DNA of 41,523 bases from positions 1-41,523 of IMG/VR virus record IMGVR_UViG_3300025778_000032, one strand, 5' to 3'. Shown here piece after piece: positions 1-10,191 of the stretch. Source of the DNA: a virus (taxonomy: Duplodnaviria; Caudoviricetes). Under the pieces are notes generated by a model. The model was not told where the DNA came from and made no database searches. It saw only the letters and a list, made by a program, of their open reading frames with translations. Both the position numbers and the translations under genes were made by a program. The number at the start of each line of letters is the position of its first letter. Positions within the stretch are counted from its first letter, which is position 1.

Positions 1-6
1 GCATTT

Positions 7-762
7 ATGGCGAACATCAATTCTCTAAAAGCACGCGGTCTCAATGCTGATTACATCAAGCAACTTATATCCGCTGGTATTGCATCTTCTGGCGATACCG
101 TTTCTGCACTTACGACAGCCAGTAATGCACAAATTTCTGCCATTAACAGCACGTATAGCCAAATCACTAGCATCTCTAATGATTTTGCAAACACGACTGG
201 AGCAAACCTTTACGATTCTGGAATTACAAATCTTCAACAATATATTGATGGTTTAAAGAGCCAGCAAACAGCCGTTCAAAACCAAATGAACCAAATCACG
301 GCTAACATGACTACACAACTTAACGCCATGGTTCCTATGTCGGCAAACGTGGGAACTGATACAGCGACCGCCCTTCTTACAAACCTTGCCACTTATATTA
401 ACGATCCTAAAAATCAAACGGCTGTACTTGCCAACGCCACCGCGCTTGCAGATAAAATCAAATCAATTTTAGCCGACGCTATGTCGACTGGAAGCCCTAC
501 CCCTCAATCAAATAATAATTCTGGTTCCGCAGATTTAGTAACTGCAACTGGCGCAGTAATTAAGCAGGCAACCGCTGGGCTTAACGCATTGGGCGGTCAA
601 AAAGATTTATCTAACTATGGCGGAACCCCAAATGTAACAATTACCATTGGTCAAGGAGCCATTACTCTTGACGCCAATGGAAATCCTATTGTCGATCCTT
701 CAAAGGTCGCAGGAACTATCGATTACACCAGAGTTAGCGGTCTTAGAATGGTCGGGCTTTAG
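7..762 (+). CDS. C-terminal part of probable tail tape-measure protein (probably begins upstream of window)
   Basis: Ala/Thr/Asn/Gln-rich helical sequence at the window edge, directly upstream of minor tail genes. Confidence 0.6.
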   Translation: MANINSLKARGLNADYIKQLISAGIASSGDTVSALTTASNAQISAINSTYSQITSISNDFANTTGANLYDSGITNLQQYIDGLKSQQTAVQNQMNQITANMTTQLNAMVPMSANVGTDTATALLTNLATYINDPKNQTAVLANATALADKIKSILADAMSTGSPTPQSNNNSGSADLVTATGAVIKQATAGLNALGGQKDLSNYGGTPNVTITIGQGAITLDANGNPIVDPSKVAGTIDYTRVSGLRMVGL

Positions 763-772
763 GAGATAAATT

Positions 773-3340
773 ATGGCAACCACAGCGATCACTCCCGTAA
801 CAACAGCAGTATTTGGCAACCCATTATGGAGAAACGCGACCACTACCCCGCTTGCAAACACCGCGCTTCCCGCTGCCATTGCCTCGGCTACTCCAATTTA
901 CAAAATTTCCACTACGCAATCCGCGGAACTTCTTCTCGCTTTGCAGTCCATTTCCCTTACGGCGATCATCACGTCTTTGCAGGTTGTGATAACACAAGGA
1001 ACCCAAGTTACGGCACCTAATTTGCCAACAATCGTTTCCTTGGGTGTGCTGACAAACGGTACTTATCAATACACCAATTCCCGACCCCTAACCCTTGGCG
1101 TAGTTAACACTTTAACTTTTAACTCAAAGCCAGATGGAACTCCATGGACAACGGCTGATATCCCTAACACTGTTATTAAAATAATTGACCAATCCACTGG
1201 CGGTTTAGGAAACTTGTCTTCTTTGGCTGTTAACGCAATCTCCACGACCATCCCAGTTGCAACAATTAACTCAATTACTACAATTACTTCTTCAACCCCG
1301 CAAATTACTTGGTCGTATTCAGACGGAGATTTAGCACTTCAAAATGGATACCAAGTACAAACAATTGACATTTCTTCTAACAATATTGTTTTTGATAGTG
1401 GTTTCATTCTTGGTCTTGATACCGCTTATACGATTCCAGCCAACGTTACGCTTCTAAACCATTTGATCCCAGCCGTTGTAACTTTTAGCGTAATTTCTGG
1501 AACAAGCAGTTATGCGTGGACTTCGGTAATTGCTTCCGCCGATGGGTCGCACGTTTATGCCGTTGCTAGCAGCGGTGGAATTTTTACTTCTACAAATTAT
1601 GGAGCAACATTTGCGCTAATTGCAGGCACAAGCGGATACACGTGGACTTCCATCGCGTGCTCGTCTGACGGTACAAAGGTTTACGCCGTTGCAGCAAATT
1701 TAACAAATGCAATTTTTGTGTCTACAAATTCAGGCGCTTCGTTTGTATCGGTAGCCAACTCTGCTGGAACAGGTTTTACGTATGTCGCCTGCTCTACGGA
1801 TGGAACCAAGGTATTCATCACAAACCAAGCAGTATGGGTGTCATTAGATTCTGGAGCGACATTTACGGCGGCTACTGGCACTTCTGGGCTTAACTTTTCT
1901 ACGGTTCATTGTTCGTCTACTGGAGCAATTGTTTACGCTGGAACCACGACTGGCGGATTTTATACTTCCACAAACACTGGAACATCTTTTACTTCCTCAA
2001 CCGTTAACGGCACTGGATTAAGCACCATCAATGATATTTTTTGTTCGGCAGATGGTACAAAAATTTATATTGCCGCACGCGAGGCAACTACCAATATTTA
2101 TGCGATTTGGCTTTCAGACAATTCTGGCGCTTCATTTTCTGAAGAAAGCAGCACAGTAGGCATTCCTTTTCAAGACATTCAAGGATCAAGCGATGGCTTA
2201 ACCATTTTTGCTGGAGCATATGATTCGACTTTAACTAGCGTCAGCGGAGTTTATAGCGGAACCTATGGAACAATAACAGCGTTTCTTGATGGCGGAACTT
2301 CTACTGCTGTTGCAACAGTTTTTTACGATGGCGGAGTCGCAACGACTACTTCTTGGACTAGCACTATTGATGCTGGCACTTCTGCGGCTAATGAAGTTGT
2401 ATTTAGCCTAGACGCTGGAACGGGCGGCTCTTATTGGGACGCCATAACTTCGTCTTCCGATGCTCTTCGAGTTTATGCGGGAGTAGATGGCGGCTCTTTG
2501 TGGAAATACACAAACAGTTCGCAATACAAGTATCAAGTTCGAGTATGCAAGACCGTAAATGGATATAACAATTTTACGTCTTATTCTTCGTTCTCTCCTT
2601 CATCTACTTCGTATAGCGATACAGTTCCAACGGTTGCCATTACCACGTCTGGTAACGACCCTCTTATTAACGTAACCCTTCCAGACGTTTCGGCTTTGGG
2701 TTATACAAGGCGCGATATAGTCATACTTCGCCTTTGGTCTAATGGATATGGCGTAATCCGTAATGGTTTAATTACGAACGTTGGTCTTACTGCTGGATCG
2801 GTTTCTCTTATTGATTATGAAAATCCAACCAATAAAACTGTTTCTTATGCAGTCAAAGCCATTTATTATGATTCTTCAAATAACGAATACGTCGGCTCGC
2901 CTGTTTACGCTTCGGTAGCAGTACCAGCCTTGCCATCTTGGTGGATTCAAAAATGCGATGGCTTAGACAGCGGTATGGCGATTAAGGCTTTGCTTTCTGG
3001 AGGTCTTACTTTAAATCGCACCCGCCCGCAAACACATATGTATCCACTTGGATCACGTTACCCAATTACGACCAGCGGTACCGTTCAAGGCTACGATGGA
3101 GATTTGACGGTTTACTTCGATAATCAACCAGCCTTTATCAACTTCTTGCCTTATCTTGACTATATTGGCAAACTTATGATTAGCGCACCAAACGGGGCGT
3201 ACAAATACATAACTTTGGACAAGGATGAAGTTCAAAAATCATATAGCCGTGGAACGGATATTTTGCGAGAAATGAAACTAAGTTACACAGAAGAAGATTC
3301 TGGACTTGGATTCAACGAACCTACTGTTTATGAGTTCTAA
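773..3340 (+). CDS. Minor tail protein with Asp-box/BNR-like beta-propeller repeats
   Basis: Repeated S-x-D-G-x-K-V-Y-A and S-T-N-x-G-A-[TS]-F units; Ser/Thr-rich beta-type sequence; GGAG SD upstream; follows tape measure. Confidence 0.7.
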   Translation: MATTAITPVTTAVFGNPLWRNATTTPLANTALPAAIASATPIYKISTTQSAELLLALQSISLTAIITSLQVVITQGTQVTAPNLPTIVSLGVLTNGTYQYTNSRPLTLGVVNTLTFNSKPDGTPWTTADIPNTVIKIIDQSTGGLGNLSSLAVNAISTTIPVATINSITTITSSTPQITWSYSDGDLALQNGYQVQTIDISSNNIVFDSGFILGLDTAYTIPANVTLLNHLIPAVVTFSVISGTSSYAWTSVIASADGSHVYAVASSGGIFTSTNYGATFALIAGTSGYTWTSIACSSDGTKVYAVAANLTNAIFVSTNSGASFVSVANSAGTGFTYVACSTDGTKVFITNQAVWVSLDSGATFTAATGTSGLNFSTVHCSSTGAIVYAGTTTGGFYTSTNTGTSFTSSTVNGTGLSTINDIFCSADGTKIYIAAREATTNIYAIWLSDNSGASFSEESSTVGIPFQDIQGSSDGLTIFAGAYDSTLTSVSGVYSGTYGTITAFLDGGTSTAVATVFYDGGVATTTSWTSTIDAGTSAANEVVFSLDAGTGGSYWDAITSSSDALRVYAGVDGGSLWKYTNSSQYKYQVRVCKTVNGYNNFTSYSSFSPSSTSYSDTVPTVAITTSGNDPLINVTLPDVSALGYTRRDIVILRLWSNGYGVIRNGLITNVGLTAGSVSLIDYENPTNKTVSYAVKAIYYDSSNNEYVGSPVYASVAVPALPSWWIQKCDGLDSGMAIKALLSGGLTLNRTRPQTHMYPLGSRYPITTSGTVQGYDGDLTVYFDNQPAFINFLPYLDYIGKLMISAPNGAYKYITLDKDEVQKSYSRGTDILREMKLSYTEEDSGLGFNEPTVYEF

Positions 3341-4536
3341 TGCTTCCTACAACTCAAACATTTAAGAACGCGGTTAAGGCATCGCACCAAGTTATTACCA
3401 AAATAGAAGTACGCTCGCCCAGCGGAATCCTTCTTTACACGTTGCCGTTCAGTGCTGGCGTGGATCAAGGCGGAGCACAATTAAGTTCTGGAAAAGTAAC
3501 GCTTGATGGCGAAAATAACATTCGCCGTTCTGTTTCTATTAGTATTTTAACCGATCCCAATAACACCCTTGTCCCGCTTAACTATGCTGGTCTTTTGGCT
3601 CCGTTTGCTAACGAATTATGGGTGTACCGTGGCATTCAATATCCAAGCGCAATAACGCTTTTAAGCGGAGATATCAGTAATCAAGAATTTGTCCAAGTTG
3701 GAACATTCCGCATCACTTCTTTTGTTGCTAAACAAACCAACGACGGTATCGCTATGACAATCAATGGTGAAGATAGGTCAAATTATATTTCTCGCAACAC
3801 GTGGCAAGTGCCATATCAAATGACCAATGGCGCTGAATTCAGTGTTGCTCTTAAAAACATGATTTCGTTTTTATACCCAGCCTGTACCTACAATTTCACC
3901 CCAACCACTTTTACAATTGGGACTGTTGTGTTTGGCACAACAATTGGCGGCGATCCTTGGGCGGACGCGGTTCGTTTGGCAAATCTTTGCGGTCAAGATT
4001 TATTTTTTGATGCAAACGGAATTTGCAATTTAAGACCTTTGCCTATTCTTGCTAACTCTGTTCCTATTTCAACCCAAATTCAAGGCACTCAAGGTTTCTC
4101 GATTGTCGAGGCATCAAGAGCGATGGACAATAAAAACGTTTTTAACAATATAGTGCTTGATGTGCAACCCAGCGATGGCACAGCCCCTTACCGAGTCATT
4201 GCTTCTGACCAAAATCCTACTTCCCCTACTTATGTTGGCGGAAATTTTGGAATTGTCACTAAAAATATTACAACCTCTGTTCCAACAAGCAAGGCTCAAG
4301 CGACAACCGTAGCCTTGTCTCTATTGAACCAAAATATCGGCGCTCAAGACGCTCACACCTATTCCATGGTATGCGATCCGTCTCTTGACGTTTTTGATAT
4401 TTTGCAAGTCAGCATTGCTGGTTTAAATATCAATAATAACCTCATACTTGACTCGGCGGATATCCCGTTGGATGTTTCCACCCCCGCTACGGTTACGTGT
4501 CGCACAATCATTCAAAGAAACACGGTGGTCTCATAA
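3340..4536 (+). CDS. Minor tail / baseplate hub-like protein (DUF5047-like)
   Basis: TAATG coupling; actinophage-like motifs LLAPFANELWVYRGI, GEDRS, DPWAD, FFDANG, CDPSLDVFD. Confidence 0.65.
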   Translation: MLPTTQTFKNAVKASHQVITKIEVRSPSGILLYTLPFSAGVDQGGAQLSSGKVTLDGENNIRRSVSISILTDPNNTLVPLNYAGLLAPFANELWVYRGIQYPSAITLLSGDISNQEFVQVGTFRITSFVAKQTNDGIAMTINGEDRSNYISRNTWQVPYQMTNGAEFSVALKNMISFLYPACTYNFTPTTFTIGTVVFGTTIGGDPWADAVRLANLCGQDLFFDANGICNLRPLPILANSVPISTQIQGTQGFSIVEASRAMDNKNVFNNIVLDVQPSDGTAPYRVIASDQNPTSPTYVGGNFGIVTKNITTSVPTSKAQATTVALSLLNQNIGAQDAHTYSMVCDPSLDVFDILQVSIAGLNINNNLILDSADIPLDVSTPATVTCRTIIQRNTVVS

Positions 4537-4805
4537 TGAATGAAGAAACTCGCTCATTTGTGCAGGTGCTTGCCAATACCGAAAAATTGATTATGAAAAT
4601 TGGAACTGTAACGGCGATCACTTCCCCGACTATCTCATGCAAGATCGGTGGGGACATTGTGGACGCCTCTGGAACTGTCATTACGGCAGCCCCCGTCATC
4701 ACTGGAATTAGAAAACTTGCCTCCTATACCCCAACCGTGGGCAATGTCGTGGTTTTGCTTATCGATGAAAAAAAGCAACTTTTTGTGGCGATCGGCAACA
4801 TTTAA
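4536..4805 (+). CDS. Small tail/baseplate protein
   Basis: TAATG overlap puts the start at 4536; GTVTAI...LASYTPTVGNVV motif is typical of the gene after the hub protein. Confidence 0.55.
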   Translation: MNEETRSFVQVLANTEKLIMKIGTVTAITSPTISCKIGGDIVDASGTVITAAPVITGIRKLASYTPTVGNVVVLLIDEKKQLFVAIGNI

Positions 4806-4866
4806 AGATTTTCGCGTGTAGGTTTTGTATACTTCCATCATGACGACGCGAAACGCTTTATAGGTT

Positions 4867-5280
4867 ATGCACGCCTTTCTAACTACATCCCTTAATCAGT
4901 ACCAAGGGACAATTGAGTTAATTGCCTTGCTCGCCGTTTTAAGTCCGTTTTTATTCCCCCGCGTGAGAAAATTCTTTTCCAGAAAAGATTTGAATGACCG
5001 CATGGATGTATACGAATCAAATCAAAAAAGTCTACAGGCAAGTATTGAAATAATTGTAAAAGAATTAACCCAAAACGGTGGGGTGGGCGGTCTCAAGACC
5101 TCCACCATGAAAGACAATATTGGCAAGGCTCTACGGGATATCGCAGCCGTAAGCGAGCAGGTAGCCGAGAACAATCAAGACATCAAAGAATTGAAAACTG
5201 AAACATCCGATATCCGATCCGATCTTTCACGCGTCGAGGGTACGGTTCAAATGCTAGTCACGGATTACGCCAAAGGTTAG
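4867..5280 (+). CDS. Membrane-anchored coiled-coil protein (phage membrane / holin-associated type)
   Basis: N-terminal hydrophobic helix IELIALLAVLSPFLF; ELTQNGG motif; coiled-coil C-terminus. Confidence 0.5.
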   Translation: MHAFLTTSLNQYQGTIELIALLAVLSPFLFPRVRKFFSRKDLNDRMDVYESNQKSLQASIEIIVKELTQNGGVGGLKTSTMKDNIGKALRDIAAVSEQVAENNQDIKELKTETSDIRSDLSRVEGTVQMLVTDYAKG

Positions 5281-5293
5281 TTATCCACAGGTC
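5280..5293. promoter_or_regulatory. DnaA-box-containing element
   Basis: TTATCCACA at 5281-5289; GTTATCCACAGGTC is the exact reverse complement of 10551-10564. Confidence 0.5.
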
Positions 5294-5330
5294 GGGATAA
5301 CCAATTGCAAAACAGGGGTAATCTTGCCCC

Positions 5331-5660
5331 ATGATTACTTCATACAAAAAAGATATTTTTCGTTTAGCCCTCGCCATGGTGGGAGTAGGAATTATCCCCG
5401 CCGAAAAAAATAACTGGATTGAGCGCGTTTTGACGCTTGCCGTAGTTATTCTCGTATTGATCCTTTCATTTTTGCTTGACCCAAATGATGTACGCAACCG
5501 CAATCGCGTGCTTAACCCACGTTTTAAAGTAAAAACAGACCCCACTCCGATTAAGTTTTTTGCTCCAGACTCAGATGAAGAAGTAGAGGAAATTTCCTTT
5601 TTTGATTTCATCAAAGAAAATCCTGCTCCAAATTCTTCTGAAACCCCAGAGCAAAATTAA
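5331..5660 (+). CDS. Hypothetical membrane protein
   Basis: Two hydrophobic segments and an acidic tail; TAATCT-N6-ATG suggests a leaderless start. Confidence 0.5.
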   Translation: MITSYKKDIFRLALAMVGVGIIPAEKNNWIERVLTLAVVILVLILSFLLDPNDVRNRNRVLNPRFKVKTDPTPIKFFAPDSDEEVEEISFFDFIKENPAPNSSETPEQN

Positions 5661-5680
5661 GTAAACTAGCCTCACCAATA

Positions 5681-5723
5681 CCCGCCCCTCTATCAGTCTC
5701 AACTGTTAAGGGCGGGTTTTTTT
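5681..5723 (+). terminator. Intrinsic terminator
   Basis: CCCGCCC...GGGCGGG stem followed by a T7 run. Confidence 0.75.
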
Positions 5724-5737
5724 ATCCCCTAACGTAT

Positions 5738-5766
5738 TTGCATCTATTGTGTACACGCGCTAGGCT
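5738..5766 (+). promoter_or_regulatory. Promoter of recombination/replication operon with inverted GCGTGTACA motif in spacer
   Basis: TTGCAT-N17-TAGGCT; TGTACACGC at 5750-5758; TAGGAGA SD before ATG 5797. Confidence 0.55.
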
Positions 5767-5796
5767 CCAACTACAACCGATCGATTAGGAGAAAAC

Positions 5797-6549
5797 ATGG
5801 AAAATCAAAATGACCGCTTACTTCACGCGGTTCCAGATACAGACCAAGAAGCAACTATTGAAGAGTCAAATCTTCAAAATGGTGGCGACTCGGAAGAAGC
5901 AGTAGTGCTTGAAGATTGGTGGATTTCATCTTTGCCATCAGGAATTCGAGAGAATGTCAGCCGTGAAGGTTGGCGCGTAACTTCTCCCGATGCTGCCCAA
6001 TGGGTTGAAGAGCGTTACTACGAAACTTTCACACGCAAGCGTGTTAATGATTTGCAGGCAGACCATGCCGTGAAATTGCTTGAAGACGAGATTGCTCGTA
6101 TTAAGCGTCGTAACGAGGAACGCAATGAGCCGTTCGTCAAGGCACTTAATTGGTGGGGAAGCCATCTTCTCGATTACACGCTCCAATTGCGTCAGCAGGA
6201 TGAAAGCGTGAAGTCATGGAAGGGTCTTTACCTTGAGGTAGGCACACGCGCCTCTCAAGCAAAGTTTGAAGTTCTCGATGAAGCACTATTTGAAAAGTGG
6301 CTTGTCGATAATAAGAAAACAGACTGGTACGAGACCTCGATCAAGCCTAAAAAGGCTGTAATCAAGAAAGAAATCCAATATCAAGATGACAAGGTAATTG
6401 ATTCCGCTACTGGGACTATCATCGATGGTCTAGTGGCTGAACCAGCAAAGATCGTCGCAAAGATCGATATTGAGGAAGAGGTCGATGCCGATGGCAAGCC
6501 ACTTCTTCACCCAATCCGTCAGTTATACGTTTTTGGAGAGGATAAGTAA
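5797..6549 (+). CDS. Mu Gam-like host-nuclease inhibitor
   Basis: Coiled coil then KSWK...VGTR...DEALFEKWL...KKAVIKK...VIDSATGTIIDGL; adjacent to ERF. Confidence 0.6.
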   Translation: MENQNDRLLHAVPDTDQEATIEESNLQNGGDSEEAVVLEDWWISSLPSGIRENVSREGWRVTSPDAAQWVEERYYETFTRKRVNDLQADHAVKLLEDEIARIKRRNEERNEPFVKALNWWGSHLLDYTLQLRQQDESVKSWKGLYLEVGTRASQAKFEVLDEALFEKWLVDNKKTDWYETSIKPKKAVIKKEIQYQDDKVIDSATGTIIDGLVAEPAKIVAKIDIEEEVDADGKPLLHPIRQLYVFGEDK

Positions 6550-7268
6550 TGGCTACAACAGAACAAAAAGGTGACGACATCAAGCAAGTAGTGAATATTG
6601 GTCAAGGAAAAATCTTTCAGGCTCTTTCCGATGTGATGGCGGACGTCACCGCCGTCGGCAAGGATTCGCAGAATAAGGCTCAAGGATTTAACTTTCGAGG
6701 AATCGATGCGATTCTTAACATGGTCGCACCCGCACTTCGAAACCACGGGGTCACTGTCGTGCCGATTGTTGAAGATAAGCAGTACGACCTAGTTCCTACA
6801 AAATCTGGCGGAACCATGGGTCACGCTGTTTTGACAGTCCGATATCGCTTTACTGCTGTAGACGGCTCATACATTGAGACAGTCGTTTATGGAGAGGCTA
6901 TGGACAGTGGTGACAAGACCTATGCCAAGGCTATGAGTGTGGCTTTTCGAACAGCCCTCATTCAATGCCTAGCGATCCCGACCAATGACCGTGACCCAGA
7001 TGAAGATTCTTACGAACGTGGAAATTCCCACCAACAGGAATCCAAGAAGGTCGAACTTCCAGCCGATCTAGTCGCCTTGCTTGATAGCGCGACGACAACC
7101 GAGGAACTGGTAGCCATTGGCGCCCAAGTCCGTAATACGCCGAACCTTGACCCAGCGGTAAGCAAGGCTTTGGGATACAAGTGGCAGAAGAGAATGCAGG
7201 AGATCAAGGATTCTGGTTCCAAGGCAACCCAAGAAAACCCAGCAGAAACCCCTCCAGAGACCGTCTAA
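6549..7268 (+). CDS. erf: ERF-family single-strand annealing protein
   Basis: VGKDSQNKAQGFNFRGIDAI, GEAMDSGDK..KAMSVAFR, DRDPD motifs. Confidence 0.85.
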   Translation: MATTEQKGDDIKQVVNIGQGKIFQALSDVMADVTAVGKDSQNKAQGFNFRGIDAILNMVAPALRNHGVTVVPIVEDKQYDLVPTKSGGTMGHAVLTVRYRFTAVDGSYIETVVYGEAMDSGDKTYAKAMSVAFRTALIQCLAIPTNDRDPDEDSYERGNSHQQESKKVELPADLVALLDSATTTEELVAIGAQVRNTPNLDPAVSKALGYKWQKRMQEIKDSGSKATQENPAETPPETV

Positions 7269-7371
7269 GAGGGTTTAACGGTAAGGGTGGGGTAAATACC
7301 ACTCCACCCTTCCACAAAGGCTTTACAGAAGATTTAAAGTGCAGGGCTTGCATATATTCAAAGGAGACCAA

Positions 7372-8151
7372 ATGAGCCTCGAAGCAATGAACCACGTATG
7401 GAAGCATACAAATTATCCAGCCGCGCAGTCTTACATTCTTCAGGCGATAGCAGACGTGGTAAACGATACGTATGAGCACAGATTTTTTATGACCGTCTCT
7501 GCCCTTGCTCAAAAAACCAAGTGCTCGGATAGAACGATTCAACGCACTCTTTCTCAGTTCGTTTCCGACGGGTGGCTTTCAATTGAGGTCGAAGGCGGTG
7601 GGCGAGGCAACGCTACTGAGTATCGATTTCATTTTCTAAAGGGTGACAACCTGACGGGGTTTGCAGAAAGGGTGACAGGTGAAACCGTAAAGGGTGACAA
7701 CTCAGGTACCGAAAGGGTGACAAATGAGGTTTCTATACATCTATTAGAACTAAATAATAACTCAACTAATAACTCAAATACCTCCAAGGTATTTTCGGAT
7801 GAAGTTATTTCACTTGGAGAATATTTTTCTCAGTCATTGATGGCTCTAGGGTGTGCAGAGAAGCCAGTGACCTCAAAGTGGCTTTCGGCATTCGAAAAGA
7901 TGATTCGATTGGACGGACGGACAGCCGAGCAAATTCGCAAGGCGATCGACTGGGCGCACGGTAATTCATTTTGGGCGCCTAATATCCAAAGTCCCGAAAA
8001 ACTTCGTGACAAGTACGACCAGATGCGCCTACAGGCTATTCAGGCAAAGAAGGGCAAGGGCGGACAGGGATTCGACCTTATGAAGCAGGAATTCGAAAAA
8101 GAGCAAGCCAAGGAAAGGGCTGAAATGCTAATGATTGGGGAGGGAAACTAG
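7372..8151 (+). CDS. Replication initiator (N-terminal HTH, lambda O-like organisation)
   Basis: AAGGAG SD before ATG 7372; HTH LAQKTKCSDRTIQRTL; C-terminal FWAPNIQSPEKLRDKYDQ; internal iterons. Confidence 0.8.
   Translation: MSLEAMNHVWKHTNYPAAQSYILQAIADVVNDTYEHRFFMTVSALAQKTKCSDRTIQRTLSQFVSDGWLSIEVEGGGRGNATEYRFHFLKGDNLTGFAERVTGETVKGDNSGTERVTNEVSIHLLELNNNSTNNSNTSKVFSDEVISLGEYFSQSLMALGCAEKPVTSKWLSAFEKMIRLDGRTAEQIRKAIDWAHGNSFWAPNIQSPEKLRDKYDQMRLQAIQAKKGKGGQGFDLMKQEFEKEQAKERAEMLMIGEGN
7638..7780. repeat. Probable replication origin: four 11-bp iterons plus AT-rich tract
   Basis: AAAGGGTGACA at 7638, 7667, 7689 and 7712, followed by AT-rich DNA containing AATAACTCAA twice. Confidence 0.75.
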
Positions 8152-8724
8152 ATGTTGGCTCGTAAATCGATAATTCAGGCTCTAGGACTGGCTACGGCTA
8201 CTTTTCCTAACTATCCCGCCACAAAGGAGATGATCGACTCTTACAGCCTGTTATTAGGCGATTTGGAGGTATCTGAGGATCAGTTAATGACAGCCATGGC
8301 TAACGTGCTTAAATCTCAGCCGTTTTTCCCGACTGTTTACTCGATCCGCGCCGAACTGGTTTCGTCGCTTTTCGTACTGGCGCCTTCCAGCGCGGAGGCA
8401 TGGAGAGAGATTCTGGAAATGAGGGATTACCGCCGAGATAAGATTCATAACCTTCAATTCATAGCCTCTGGGAGCGTTGAGTGGAATCAGTACAAAGATA
8501 GTTTAGATTGGCGCCGTGCTTTCAATCCCAGATGGTCACACAAGGCTATTGCGGACACGATTGAGACTCTGGGCGGGTGGAGCGAGGTTTATTCGGTGAT
8601 CGACAAGAATGAAGGGATTTCCACATTCCGCTCGCAATTGTGGAAAATTTACAAAGAATATTCAGAAGCGGAAGATCGAAATGTTTATCTCGGTCGGACT
8701 CAAACTCGAAAGGAACTTGCATGA
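8152..8724 (+). CDS. Replicative helicase loader/inhibitor-like protein (G39P-like)
   Basis: Directly after initiator; FFPTVYSIR, SSAEAWREI, LGGW, FRSQLWKIY pattern. Confidence 0.55.
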   Translation: MLARKSIIQALGLATATFPNYPATKEMIDSYSLLLGDLEVSEDQLMTAMANVLKSQPFFPTVYSIRAELVSSLFVLAPSSAEAWREILEMRDYRRDKIHNLQFIASGSVEWNQYKDSLDWRRAFNPRWSHKAIADTIETLGGWSEVYSVIDKNEGISTFRSQLWKIYKEYSEAEDRNVYLGRTQTRKELA

Positions 8725-9068
8725 TTACACCATCACAGGCGGAATCACGTCTGTTCAATCTTTCGTTAGACATCCAAAAAGCAACAAAAACTCTCGTTGA
8801 TTGCAGCATGGAATACCACACGAAAGATGCCGAATTAACTATTGCTCTGGCTAAATCAAGAGTTAAAAGTTCTCACTCGGACATGAAGATGACCGTAGCA
8901 ATGCGTACAGATAATGCGCTGATAGAAAATGAGCACCTGTTTCTTGCCGTCGCGTTGGCTGAAGCAAAGAATAAGGCTGCCGTAGCAGTCGTAAATGAAA
9001 TCAAAGTACAGGTAGATATTGCTCGCAGTATTTCCGCGTCGATAAGAAACGAGATGATGTCATCATGA
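8721..9068 (+). CDS. Hypothetical coiled-coil protein
   Basis: ATGA overlap gives start 8721; helical sequence. Confidence 0.55.
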   Translation: MITPSQAESRLFNLSLDIQKATKTLVDCSMEYHTKDAELTIALAKSRVKSSHSDMKMTVAMRTDNALIENEHLFLAVALAEAKNKAAVAVVNEIKVQVDIARSISASIRNEMMSS

Positions 9069-9286
9069 GTAATACAAAAAACCAATATTGCGGAACCCAG
9101 TATGGCTACCGAAAGCACAAAAAACTGGGAACGCTGGTATGCGAACCATGCCGCGTAGCGATGAATACCGTAAATACTCTTTCTCGAAAGAAAAACCACG
9201 AAAAGGAACTAGAGCGTCATCGCAAATATCGTGAAAAAATTCGGGAAGAAAAAACAAAAAAGCAGGCTCAATCGCCTACCATGTAG
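9065..9286 (+). CDS. Small Cys/His zinc-binding protein of actinophage type
   Basis: CGTQYGYRKH...CEPCRVA motif, basic tail. Confidence 0.6.
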   Translation: MSNTKNQYCGTQYGYRKHKKLGTLVCEPCRVAMNTVNTLSRKKNHEKELERHRKYREKIREEKTKKQAQSPTM

Positions 9287-9289
9287 GTC

Positions 9290-9712
9290 ATGCTCCTACT
9301 CGTCGTCGACTCCACTAAAGAGGGAATGCCTTTACGCTCCCTTTTTAGTGATTTCGTGGCTATTAGAACAGGTGTTCAAGTGCATGGGTGTTCTTTATGG
9401 ATCAAGCCTTATGACCCAACTCCGTTGGTAGTCTTCAATCCCAACCATGCCGATATTGCGGTTGGCGAAATCATCCAAGCACCGAGCATGGAAAGGCTTT
9501 TAGATTTCATCAATATGCAATCGTGCCTTTATCCGTATTCACAAAGAATGATTTTGGAAGCCACTGGAACCTCGGTTAGTTTTTTTTATTCGCAAAAGTT
9601 TATCCCAGACCTTTCTACCGAATATGCAAAATTGGAAAGCGGAAACTTTTCTAAAGAAGAGCATGACGCCTTGTGGAATGACGTAATTACAGATAGTGTC
9701 TGGCTGGAATAG
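9290..9712 (+). CDS. Hypothetical protein
   Basis: ORF fills the operon gap. Confidence 0.5.
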   Translation: MLLLVVDSTKEGMPLRSLFSDFVAIRTGVQVHGCSLWIKPYDPTPLVVFNPNHADIAVGEIIQAPSMERLLDFINMQSCLYPYSQRMILEATGTSVSFFYSQKFIPDLSTEYAKLESGNFSKEEHDALWNDVITDSVWLE

Positions 9713-9726
9713 GAGAAAGGTTTATT

Positions 9727-10191
9727 ATGTCAATCGCATTAGAAATCATTGCTGAAGATGGAAGCAGTATCGATCTTGACCCATGGTGTCATTATGCAAA
9801 AGTTTCTGGTCGTAAACTTATAGGAAATATGAGATTTGGTACAGAAATTATTGGCACCGACTCTCCAGAAATTGTTGCGATAAAGCGCAAAGAGGCTGGC
9901 GATCAATGCGATATTTTCTTAGAAACAGTTGAGCCTTACGTTGGCAAAATTGTCACCATTATTTATGAAGCGACAAAAATTGCCTTGGTTAAGATTCCAG
10001 AAGATTTTGGTCTTAGCCTAAACGGAGACAAAATTGAATGGGAACTGGCGGAAAATATTTCTGCCCCCGCCACTAAAAAAGAAGTTTATGTGGAGCCGTT
10101 AGAAAATAATGAATTTCTTTTTTCAGTAAAAAGTCTTGAGGCTGCAATACGAGAATTGATTGAGGCAATACGTGGGAACCGCAAAAAGTAA
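9727..10191 (+). CDS. Hypothetical protein
   Basis: AGGAGAAAGG SD; co-oriented. Confidence 0.6.
   Translation: MSIALEIIAEDGSSIDLDPWCHYAKVSGRKLIGNMRFGTEIIGTDSPEIVAIKRKEAGDQCDIFLETVEPYVGKIVTIIYEATKIALVKIPEDFGLSLNGDKIEWELAENISAPATKKEVYVEPLENNEFLFSVKSLEAAIRELIEAIRGNRKK

Noticed and set aside
7283-7311. Hairpin AAGGGTGGGGT/ACTCCACCCTT as a terminator or RNA gene
   Set aside because: No U-tract and no recognisable family; function cannot be supported.
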